The translations under genes were made by a program, and so were the position numbers. From Cycas panzhihuaensis (lineage: Eukaryota; Plantae; Cycadophyta): DNA of 64,000 nt. The stretch spans positions 120,845,741 through 120,909,740 of the forward strand of contig CM041465.1 in NCBI GenBank assembly GCA_023213395.1, read 5' to 3'. Under the pieces are notes generated by a model. It made no database searches and had not been told where the DNA came from. It saw nothing but the letters and a program-made list of their open reading frames with translations. Below, one piece after another: positions 13,477 to 25,020 of the stretch; the first letter of the stretch is position 1, and every line of letters begins with the position of its first letter.

Positions 13477-13576
13477 ATCCTTCTAAGAGTTATGACCCTT
13501 TGAATATCTCATACCATTTAGATAATCATGATTTGTTAAACCACATTAACATTAACTAGTGTCTTAATAAACAACA

Positions 13577-14650
13577 GCTACATTAACTCTAATTCTATCT
13601 AATAAATTTCTCATGTTCACATTTTTTATTCTAATGTAATTTCTCATATTCATCACCTATGCTTAGTTTGAAATTTTCTGTCACACCTTGGCCAAGCATG
13701 AATTGTCTTTCTTACACTTGAATATGAAATCATGGGGTCCTTGATGGGAAGAGCTTTAGGTGTTAGGTAGTAAATGTGGCATGAAATTATGAGTTCTATT
13801 AGAGTTAACTAAGACTGTCACCAATTACATTTTAACAGAGCCTTAAAACTTGAGGGTATCCTATCGTATAATTCCTAGCATAGTTGATAAGGACATTTGT
13901 GGTGTTTCATCTTCTATTATGGGGATCTCCTTAGGTGTGATCTTTGGTTCCAACTTGTCTTCACCTCTTAACTATTCATCCTCTATCGATTTTATCTCAA
14001 TGGTAAAGAGTTAGTTCCTTATGCATTAATATCCTAGTCCCTATTATTTTGCACACTATAAACATAGGTACTTTCTTCTTAGGTCATCTTGTTCTACCTT
14101 AAATTATTGTCATATAAGCCCTATATGTTTAAACTAATTGGTAGGTTTAATTATGACTACAGGTTTCTTGCTTGATGGCATTACTATATTTATGTGAGTA
14201 TATAGAGGAATATATGCTCTAATTTTAACTTTGCTTACTACCTTGACCTTGTCTTTGAAACTTCAAGCTAGCTACATTTTTTTATTTAGGTTTGGAGGGA
14301 CTTATGTCATATCATTAGCCTAATTCTCTATTAATAAGCCATCGATGTATAGCTAAATTAATATGTTTATAGGAATATCCTCAACTACATGGGTGATGTT
14401 GTACTCCCCTATTGATCCTATCTATCTTAGTTTTCAAAGCTCATAATAAAAGTTATGATTTATGACATTCTTAAACCATTTAGAGGTTGGCGTTAATACT
14501 TGGTCTATTCCAGGCTCTACTTCCATTCATATGCTATGCCATTAAAATGTAATGTGGCCACTTACACTTGCTCTTTACTATCCATTTCCATTGGGCAGAA
14601 ATACTTCTACATCTATTGAATATAGACCTTTAGTTCGTGTGACTTCTACG
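13577..14650 (-). pseudogene. Highly decayed chromovirus-type Gypsy gag-protease (element G)
   Basis: Minus strand reads KEQV*VATLHFNGIAYEW (gag, about 14.55 kb), LRRKYLCL*CAK (zinc knuckle, about 14.06 kb) and VTVLVNSNRTHNFM (protease DSGSTHNF-like, about 13.8 kb). Confidence 0.65.
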
Positions 14651-17600
14651 TTCTTATGACTTCTACACTAAGATAAAGTGTTCAATCATTATTTTCTTAA
14701 ACTATTTCTCTTTTTGCAAGTGCGTTGATTGTAAGTAATTAAATTACATCTAGAAACTAATTGCCCTTTACTCCTCAAGTGTCTAATTTTAATAATCATC
14801 TAGACACTTTTGTAGTGATTTATTAGGTCATCCTACTTGATACTAGTTGAAATGTGGACCATGTTTGATTACTTTCTATTAATTTTTATCCCTAGATCTT
14901 ACCATTAGAATTTATGCCCTTGTGAACACCCAATAATAAGGCTAATATGTTGGCCAATTTACTGGGTATAACATTGATAGAATTGGTGACAACTCATAAC
15001 TAGTATCCTAATATTTGTCTTAACATAGTAGAGTTGTAAGCATTTGCTTCATTAGTGATTGTCTCTATTTTAAATGGATATTTAGGCTTGGCCTCTATTA
15101 AGTATTTGCTTACTAAAGGTTTATCCCTTACCCTAGCTTTTGAAGGGTGCTACGTATTACGAGAGTTTATAACTATCATGGAGTAGATTTAAAAATTGAA
15201 GAAATGGTAGAGTCAACCAGTGAATTGATATCATAGTGCAAGAGAGTAATGTCAAAGGTTGAGAGAATAATAGGTAAGGATAACTAAAAGGGATGCATGG
15301 AATAAGTAAAATATAGTGAAAATTATCAAGGAAATAAGCATTAATCTACAATGAATTCACCATGGCAATGTGATGACTTTCAAAAGGAAGCACTTTAAAA
15401 AGAAGTTGAGTAAATGAATGATGGATTAAGGCAAGGACATGATTACTAAAACAACACAATCCAACTCGAGTTTAAAACAACGAAAGGGAGTCGAGTAGAT
15501 GAATAATAAACTAAGATTGTGAAGTGGTACTAAATTGTATGTAGTTTGTCAAACACAAAGGAAAGTTGAAATGAAAGTTAAATAAGTAAAATTATGTTAA
15601 GCATCAAGGGTCAAATAAAATGACTATTAACTAAAAAAATAAAACTTACATAATGAATTGGAGGTTTTTCTCATAAGCGTTAATATGGATTTTTATTAAA
15701 CCATTGGCTTTAATAATAATATTAGTAATAAAATACTAGCTTTCTAATATAAAAAGTTGGCTTCATATTTAATTTGAAAATATTAACTCTTTAATAAGAA
15801 TAATAAAATTAACTTCTAATAAAGTACTAACTCCTCTTTAATAGATTAGGATCACTATAATCCATCCCTCCTTTAGAGAGTACTTTATACATAAAGTATT
15901 ATAATCCTATTATTTAAAATCTAGAGCATGTATTTCCTTGTATATCTCCAATCATCCACTAGTTAAGGCTAGAATATCATAGGCTTTTCATTCTCCTTTA
16001 TTTCATCTTCTCATAGTATCCCATATATATTTCTTTACTACTTATAATAATGTCTTATTTAAGATAGCTTTTATACAGGTTTCAACATTTAAATAACCCT
16101 AGAACCTATGTGTTCTAACCTGAACTTGATTGAATCTTTACTTCAATTTATATATGATATCCTTGTATAGTCATCCGTGAAGGAATAATATATTAAAACA
16201 TAATGTCTAATGTGGGTTTATCATACATATATACTTTCCACCATTCACCTACTTCAAGATATGTGAGATACATATATATCCATACTATCATTTTATTGGA
16301 TGATGTAATGGCTCATTATATTTGATAGGCTACTCATGAGGTGATCTCACTAATTATATATACACTCACCACTTGAGAACTTAACAAAGGAGAGAGAATT
16401 AAAATGTAAACCTTGTGATCATAAGTGAATTCCTAACTCTATCTTCTCCCCTAGTTTTTCCCACAATGGGTTTTTCATGTATAAACCTTGGTGTCCATCT
16501 TGTGGTGCTTGATTTATATGTTTGATGTTTGATAGTTATGTTGATTAACTCACTATGTTTACATACTTATGAAATTATTATTATTGCATCTTTCATATTT
16601 TAATATGGTATCAGAAGGGAGTTGAATCCAAGATGCTATGGTAAGGCAAAGATCATATTAAGCAAGCCTATAAAGCCTATGACAATAGCCAGATATGAGG
16701 TATTTTTTAATGAGTTAAAATATACATATGCCAATGACAAACACAATTGATTATAGGGTACATGAAGCCAATCAAGCTGCATATAGGAAATATGGTTGAT
16801 ACCGATAGTATGTTGATTTGATGCTTTATTATGGACATTTATTTTTAAGCATGTTGGTGCTATATACATGTAGCATGCAGGTATTCATTATCATCCCCAC
16901 AATATTATATTTAGTCTATAAGTAAAAGCTTTTGTAAATGTCCATTAATGGATTTTCTATCATTCATGGACCATTCTAGAGACACTTGTAAGCATCTCAC
17001 AATGAGATTTACTTCCAGAACCAGGTTATTCCATTAGTATGCACATGTAGGCAACAAGTATGTACACTAGCATGTTAACAAGTGTCTTAATGACAGTATG
17101 AAAGGTATATGGCATACAATAATTACAGTAAATTACATATTTATGAGGCTAATTTCTTATTACAACATATGGATATTTTACATATATATGAAAAAATTTG
17201 ATGTATATGGCATGAATTATTTATGGAAGCCTCAAATAGATTTATTAATAATAACTTAATCATCTTATATGGGCATGATTATATTTTTATGGGTATAATT
17301 ATATATTATTGATAACTTTATAGAAGGGCATAACTACTTAGGTTATGACTGAATGTCAAACCCTAGATGATAGTATGATAAAATTTTATATGGATAAATT
17401 TATATTTATGGCTTGTATATTTATATAAATATATTATCGAATGATATGTAAGTATAAATTTAGTCTGGTTGCTATCCCTGGACTTTTTGAAGAGTCATTG
17501 AGATAAGTTTTGTGAAAGGTCACACATCTTACACCCATCGATCCCAAACCCTACGTAGATGGTGGAGCAAAAAGATAATAAATTTCTTTGGAGCTCATAA

Positions 17601-20600
17601 TCCATAGGGATTCTGCCATGGGTTTATATAACCAAATGAAATTACAACCACATTGAGATCTGTCCTATGCCACTAAGAATGGAGCCAACAAATATACGTA
17701 TTTGGAGAATAGCTAAATGTCTCACTCTTTAGCCAACTGCATATAAAGAGACGGCCAATAAAAATCATGCCTTGATGCACAAAGCAGTCATGCCTGTTGC
17801 CCATCTAGCTATCATTACACACAGTTATAGAGGTAGAACTTGTGGATCAACCTACCTACCTCATATTCTCTAGTTGTTGAAACATACATCCCCTTATTCT
17901 ACATACCAACTATTTGTTTCCATTGAGAACACTTGAGGAGACACCTCTAATCATGTGAAACCTGCATATAAAAATTGCCAAATTCTATAAAGCAAGCTCT
18001 AATTTGGTAGGCCATTTGATACCATGCATAAATACATGATATCAAACTACCTAAATTCCATGGCGATGCCCTTCAAGGAAGAGTAATTACCCTCCATTAG
18101 CATTGATAAAATTGCCATCCTTAAGTTGAATTGTTTATGCAATTAGCCACAGAGATCACTCGAAGACAAAATCAATCATTTTTTTTTAGAAAACTTAATT
18201 GCAGAAGATGATGATCTCACAATATTTTAATTTCTTTATAATCAAAATTTTAAAACCTTAAAAAATTTATATTTGGGTTGTATGATTTAATCAAATTGTA
18301 TAATCATTTTAAATTTAATTTTAGCCCCTCATAGGTCAGTAGGCAATTATATGGCAAGTCCATACGACTGGGGGTTAATCCTCAAAGAGGTAGACTCTAA
18401 ATTTTTAAAAACTAGATTTGATACTTTTTATTTTTTAAAATGTATATTTTATATTTGATAATATTTTAGATTCATTTCTATTTTCTTAAGGATCGCTTTC
18501 TTTTCCATGGGTCACTAACACGTTTTTGTTCATATTTCATCACTCGTGTATTAGAATCAAATGTCGTCATTTATTATATTAGAAAGCAGACTTCAAGATG
18601 GTCAAAACTAGTGGTCACATAACCTTCTTTAGATAGTAAATGATAGAGAAAATTTAGAGTAAAGTTGATGCAAAAGCTCTAAACCTCAGTTTAGATGAAA
18701 TCCATGTCTTTTTTCAAGAAACTTTCAGCTAAATTTGATGTTTTCTATGGCTCCAAACATGATGGTAAGCTTATTTCTGAGGAATAGTGGATGAAAATTA
18801 AAGTTAAGTTTAAAATCAAGTATTTTGAGGTCTATTTCAGCTATAACTTTTTATTAAGTGAGAGATATTTGATGGATTTATCACATAAGATATCCTTGAT
18901 ATATTGGTTATTCATTTCTCCCTTTACAACATTATATTTGGTTTAGTGGATGGAAAAACCCCTAACCAAATATATACATCACTGGGGTATTGAAGTAGTT
19001 TTTGTTATCTAGTTAAATGTTAAGTATAATTTACCTTGTTATAGTTAACTTACCTTAGTTAGGTAGTTTGTCCTATTCATAAAATTGATTATTCAAGATG
19101 AGATCTAACTGTTGACTTGATCCAGCTGATGTTACTTTGACATAACACACTTAATTGTGTTGGTCCCACAAGTAATTTAGAAGGATGATGAACCATGTAC
19201 TTAAAGTAAATTCCTAATGAATTAGTAATTATAGTAGTTGGTAACCCATATATTTTAATAGATGGTCATTATTTTATATGGACTTAGATATCACTTTGCT
19301 TGATTCTTAATTTGATTTGATGGTTAACTAAATGTTGATCATTTAACTTAATATTGATTAAAAAGTAGTTATACATATGAAGATATGAAGATGTGTACAA
19401 AACATTTCATATATATTAGTTTATAATGGTTAATACTTATTGGATACAAGATGCAGTTGTAGAATACATAATACAGTTATAGGTTATATATTATTTATAG
19501 GTTATAGGTGATATTTCATATAAGATACAGGTTATTAAAGACTTGAAGACTTCATATTAAGATTCAAGGACATTAAGCATTATGGAGGCTATTAAAACAT
19601 AATATTTAATGTGGGTTTATTATATGCATACACTTCCTATCATTCACCTACTTTGAGATTTGTGAGATACACATATATCCATGCTACCATTTTATTGGAT
19701 GATATAACGACTCATTACATTTGATAGGTTACTCATGAGGTGATTAAAGGAAAAAGAATACAGGCCCAAGTACTCTGATATCATATGAAGGAAATAGAAT
19801 GCAGTCCCAAATGCTTTGATACCAAATGTAGGAAAAAATAATCATGGAAAACAGGGTAAAACATACAAGAGATAATTATAAATCAATATATCATTATTGC
19901 ATAGTAGCATAAACACATAAAACTTGTATATTCAATCTATGTTTGTGAACAGAGTATTACAAATGTCCAAAATGAAGACAGTGTCTAAAGACACAAGGTT
20001 TGCACACCCCTCAAAATATATAGTTTAGAGGAGGAGGGAAACTCCTCAACTCCTAAAATTTAAATAATAATAAAATAATATAAACTTAACTCAAAATAAA
20101 CTTAACTCAAATTAACTATACTTACCTACACATGTGAGCACCTATATATGTAAATTGATGAGTGTGAGGTGCATACTCCCGGTTGGAAGGTGGGAGAGGG
20201 GTGATGAGTATTAACCCCAACATTCTCCCCTTTAATGATCATCACGAACAATATCTTCTCTTTAAACTCATGGAATTTGTACTTGAAAAAACTTTAAAAA
20301 TCGGTCTCTTGGTTTGATCATTATTAACTATTCTCATCATGTTAACAACATATGTCCTTATACCGTTGAGTGGTGTAAAAAAGCTATAAGTAAATTAAGC
20401 TTGATCCAAATGTGTATATGTAGCTACAATTTTAACTTCGTTAACTGGAACATTAATAAAACTTTAAACTTGAACTTTGTCTTCTAAAGTCTTTATATTA
20501 TGAACAATTATCAAATCATCATAACTCTCCCCCTCAAATAGAGGATTAGGTTCTTATGCAACAAGATGATCATACATTTGAATCGAATCTTCCTTAGTCT

Positions 20601-20628
20601 TTTCATAACAATCCACTTATTCTAGTAC

Positions 20629-20946
20629 CTATCTCACATGCTCAACATCAATGTTAAATGCATTGAGGGTACCTCCCCCATAAATGGAAATCAAAACATC
20701 CCATATGGATTTAGAAGTTGTTAATTCATAAACTATAGAAAAGACATTATCATTTATAATGCAAAATAGTAATGCTAATGCTACATTGTCTTTCTTAATA
20801 TTTTCCTTAATACTAACATCATATTCATCTTGTAAGTAAGTCCAAAGATCATGCGTAATAAAATAATGTTGCATTGTTTGATGCCATAGTGAAAAATTAT
20901 GACCATCAAATGTAAGAAACTGTACTTTATGAAGATTAATTACCAT
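20629..20946 (-). pseudogene. Copia gag N-terminal domain fragment (element B)
   Basis: FLTFDGHNFSLWHQTMQHYFITHDLWTYL...KKDNVALALLF...TTSKSIWDVL matches the Copia gag N-terminal pattern (F.G.NF..W...M...L...DLW; A.E.W..L). Confidence 0.8.
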
Positions 20947-22628
20947 TTTTTAGAGAACTTTAGTACATAAAAGAAATATGCTTTTACTAAGTCAAAAAAT
21001 ATAATAAATGAATAAACTTATATGATATAATTTCAAATAAACTTTGAAGTAAAATAAAGATATAAGCAAATTCAAATATAACCAAGATCCTTTTAATTAG
21101 GCAAATCTTAATTGAAACTTTGATAATAAAAAATAAAATATCAGAATAAGGTAATATTGGTGTATCTTAAATGCTTAAGTTTAGTAGCTTCAAAGATGTA
21201 CTAAATGATATTAGAATAAAGTGAAACTTTATAAAATTGAAGATCAATGAAAGAACTATTCAATAGAATTGACCATTTTAAAAACGGGTTCCTACAAGTC
21301 AATGTTTTGATGAACCAAAGGTACAGACCTCCTTTTAAGGTTTAATGGGAGCCTGAGGCTTAAAATGTTATAAAAATAGTAATAAAATACTTATAGAATA
21401 CTGTAAAATGATCAATTATAGTTTATAAGGTAGCTGAATATACTATTTAATTGAAAATTTGAGAAATAATATATAAAAAATATGTAATAATGTCAGATTA
21501 GAGGCTATTAAGTACCTCAAATTTTATGGATTTAAAAATTAGTAAAAACACTTCAAAACTTATAACAAATAGTGTCAGTTCAAAGATGAGTGAGTCAACT
21601 TCCCAAAGAAACTAACGAAATTGAATTATGATTTAAAATAGATAAGTTATAATGAAAATGGTAACAAGTACTTTTATAGTAAAATGTTTAAAAAGTGTTG
21701 AAAAAAATTAAAATGTCACTTTGGTCGATTAAAATAAATTCTAAAAAATCAGATAAATAGATGGTAATGAAGTTTGTTTATAGTAGATGACTGACAAATA
21801 GATTCGGGTAGAAAATAATCACCCGGTGATAAAATATAGTCTAATGAAAAAGGGTTTTATGAAAATAGTTTTAAAATGCTCTAAAAATCAATACCTGGCT
21901 TTGAACTAACTGAAACCTGGTCAAATCAACTCCAAATTGGTCATATATCTAGTCAAAATTATACTACAAAAAATTATGGATGTAATGGGATAGCTTTCGT
22001 CTAAAATCAATGATCCAGTAAAACATTATGGTAAAAAAATTCTAATTACCCTATGTAAAATAAAAAATTAAAAAAAAAATAAAGGAAAAAAAATTATAAA
22101 AGATGTTGGCCCCTTTAAAATAAGAATAAAGGTCATGTGGAGATTGAATAGGAACAAGAGCTAAGATCTAAGGGAGGCTAGGGTTTTAAACTGCATATTC
22201 AAAAAAATATACAATTAAATTATATATATACATAAGATATATATACGAGAATAAAAGTGTTTTGAATTAAAGAGCTATCATTGTTCGTTGTCGCCACCAT
22301 GATGCCTGAGTCGCTGACACATTGTAATCATACAGACCTACACACTAATGCTAGAACTGTGAACCAAGCCACCGTAATGGTCGTTGCCTCCTGTGCGGCC
22401 TGTCAGTCTGTCATGCAACTCTTAGAGGGTCGTTCTTGCAGTGTTAGGCGCCCAGAGGAGGAGATGTTCAGAAACACAAACTCTGTTGAGAAGAGTTGAT
22501 GATCAACTCAAAGGTAGAGAGTCGGAGTAGCCTAGGAGAAGTGGAAGAGCGCCCTACGATCGAGAAGAGCTCTACATATCGAAGCTCCAAAGCTTCATTC
22601 TACCAGATAATTCGTAGATGATACTACC

Positions 22629-24513
22629 ATGGGAATAACTGATGCAGAGAAGGATTTGACAAGGAAAATTGTTTCAACTCGTTCAAAAAATTGTTCTGTA
22701 GCTTCAAAGAGGAGAAAGCCTAGAAATAATGGTTTGGCAGGATCAAATAAACAGAAGGTTATAGGGGATGGTTCTGTGAAAAGTTCCCAGCCCTGCCCTA
22801 AGAAGAAGAAATTGGACTTGGGTGGTAGTTCGGTATCATCTACGTGGACTCTACTGAATTTTAAGAAACTAGAGTTGCATGGAGATCTAGCTCTCTCCAT
22901 TGATAATCAAAAGAGCTTTAATGATGATTATGATAACTCAGAGCCTCTTATAAATAAGATTATAAAAAATGTTGTAAAATGTTCTCAACTAGATATTAAT
23001 TGGACCATAACAGCTAGTGATTCCTAGCTTTTCACCAAGAATACTAAACGTGTGTCTGATGATTCAAAAATACCAGTTAAAACTGCATCTTAGTTTGATA
23101 ATCTTTAGATGCTAACTTGTATAGTAGTTACAGTAGTGGTAGAGGCAGTGGGCATTCAAGGGTGACCTCTGTGTTGCTTGCAATGGCTGTCGACGGTTTT
23201 TTGGCTACTGATATCTGTTTACATTATTACGTATGAAAACGTTCTTCTAATTTATCTTCAAATTATAGTTTCACCAATAGAAAGGATACTTGGATGACTT
23301 CAAATCCTGTAGAGAAGGAATGAGCTAACCTAAGAGAAAAGATTGGTGGCTTTGTCACTAGTCAGAAAATACCTTTGGTAGCTGTGAGATTCAATGATAT
23401 GTATGAAGAAAACTAGGCACAAATGGGTTCTCTAATAGGCCGGTAAATAATTAGAGAATAAAAAAACTGAGAAGAAAATATAATGATTTTAGCAGAGCAG
23501 GCAGTTACCTTAGAAGTTAAGGCTGCTCAGAGTGTATCACCAATTAATATCGATATTGTAGAAAAAATGAGTTTTCAAGTAGATATACAGTTGTATGCCT
23601 TAACAAACTTTTCTGCAGATCTGTGTGTATGATTAAGACTATGAACACAACACTAGTATATTTTTTTTTTATTTTTAAAACTTTGGATTAATGATAAATC
23701 TTATATTTTTGTTGGTATTTCTTCAACAATATTAATTTATATATGTCCTTTTTCCTCCAACAATACACTTGGGATATTGTAACTTAATATGTTTTGATAT
23801 CATACTTACAAGAGTTTGTTTTGTGAGGATATCATAAGGCAGGTTTGTAGCTGAATAGGCCACTAGAATAGTAATTTGTTGTTTCAAAAATATTCTACCA
23901 ACAACAACAAAGACAGCTTGACAAAAATGAAACTGAAGCACCTAGAGAAGAACATAGACTGGTTACAGTCTAAGTTAGGACCTTCTTACAAAAGATCATT
24001 ATTTTCTCTTTAACTTCCCTAAGTAGGTTGTTCTCCCTTCATTCAAATGCCAAGAGAAAGACTCCCAAATTTAAAAAAAAAAAAAAAAGATAGAAAATAA
24101 ATGATGGAATTACATAAAAATATTTAGAGAGAATGTTGAAAACAATGTCTGTCCCTCCTCCATTATAGCTGCTAGATCCAAAAATAACTTCTATAAACAC
24201 TCATATTATTTGTGATGATTTTCTCAAGAGAATAGGAGAAGGACATGATTTTGTATTCTCAAAGGCATATAAAGATTGTGTTATAAAACCATAAAAAATT
24301 TTGAAATGTGTTGAAGAAATTATATCAAATAAATATAATATATGTATATTTGAATGTAAAAATTTTCAAATATATAGGAGCAGATGTATCACAAAACCAA
24401 GAAATATATATGTGTTTAAAACTGAAAATAAACATGAAGAACCTAGTAAACAGTTGTAGCAGATTTGTAGCAGGTTGACTTCCGAAGGTGAGATCTTTTT
24501 CCGCATAAATTGA
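22629..24513 (+). pseudogene. Decayed long ORF, antisense to element B, of unknown function
   Basis: Open 132-aa start (22629-23027) containing PKKKKLD. Reading continues after a frameshift near 23.1 kb and past a poly-A at about 24.07 kb to TGA 24511-24513, with scattered stops consistent with C-to-T decay. Confidence 0.5.
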
Positions 24514-24539
24514 AACTTCAAACAAATTTCTCCAGTAAG

Positions 24540-25020
24540 CAGATCTACTATAATATATAACTTGTTAGGCTGAATATACACCAAAAACTTATAGATCTAA
24601 AAAAAGAACTTAAAATAATGATCAAATATATAAAAAAATATACAAATCTGAAAGAAAACTTGAATAAGTATTGCAGATCTAAAGTAAATATGGCAGATCT
24701 ATAACCAATATTATAGATCTGAAAGAATATATAGCAAATTTAAAGTAAATATTATAGATCTATAGCTAATATTATAGATATGAAATAAATCAACCAGAAA
24801 ATGGTGAAATCATTAAAAAAATAAGTAGATCTAAAAATATATATAACAAATCTAAAATAAATATTACAAATATAAAGTAAATGTTATAGATCTATAGCTA
24901 ATATTATAGATCTGAAATAAATATATTAGATCTGAAATAAATAAACTAGAAAAACTATCAAATATTTGATAAAATGAGCAAATCTAAAGGATATATAGCA
25001 GATATAAAGAAAACTTTGAA
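24540..25020. repeat. Degenerate minisatellite of about 20-bp units anchored on AGATCT
   Basis: For example AGATCTAAAGTAAATATGGC / AGATCTATAACCAATATTAT / AGATCTGAAAGAATATATAGC / AGATCTATAGCTAATATTAT. Confidence 0.8.

Larger units (their letters stand above)
1476..13576 (-). mobile_element. Element D: decayed Ty1/copia, minus strand; 5' LTR split by E, RT interrupted by C
   Basis: PBS GCTCTGATACCA at 5757-5768 (TGGTATCAGAGC on minus). 5' LTR is about 5771-5991 plus 13482-13576; the right boundary is approximate. Gag-PR-INT-RT order runs leftwards. Confidence 0.8.

Noticed and set aside
16852-17080. Possible small solo LTR (TGTTGG...TTAACA) inside A
   Set aside because: No convincing TSD or internal LTR motifs.
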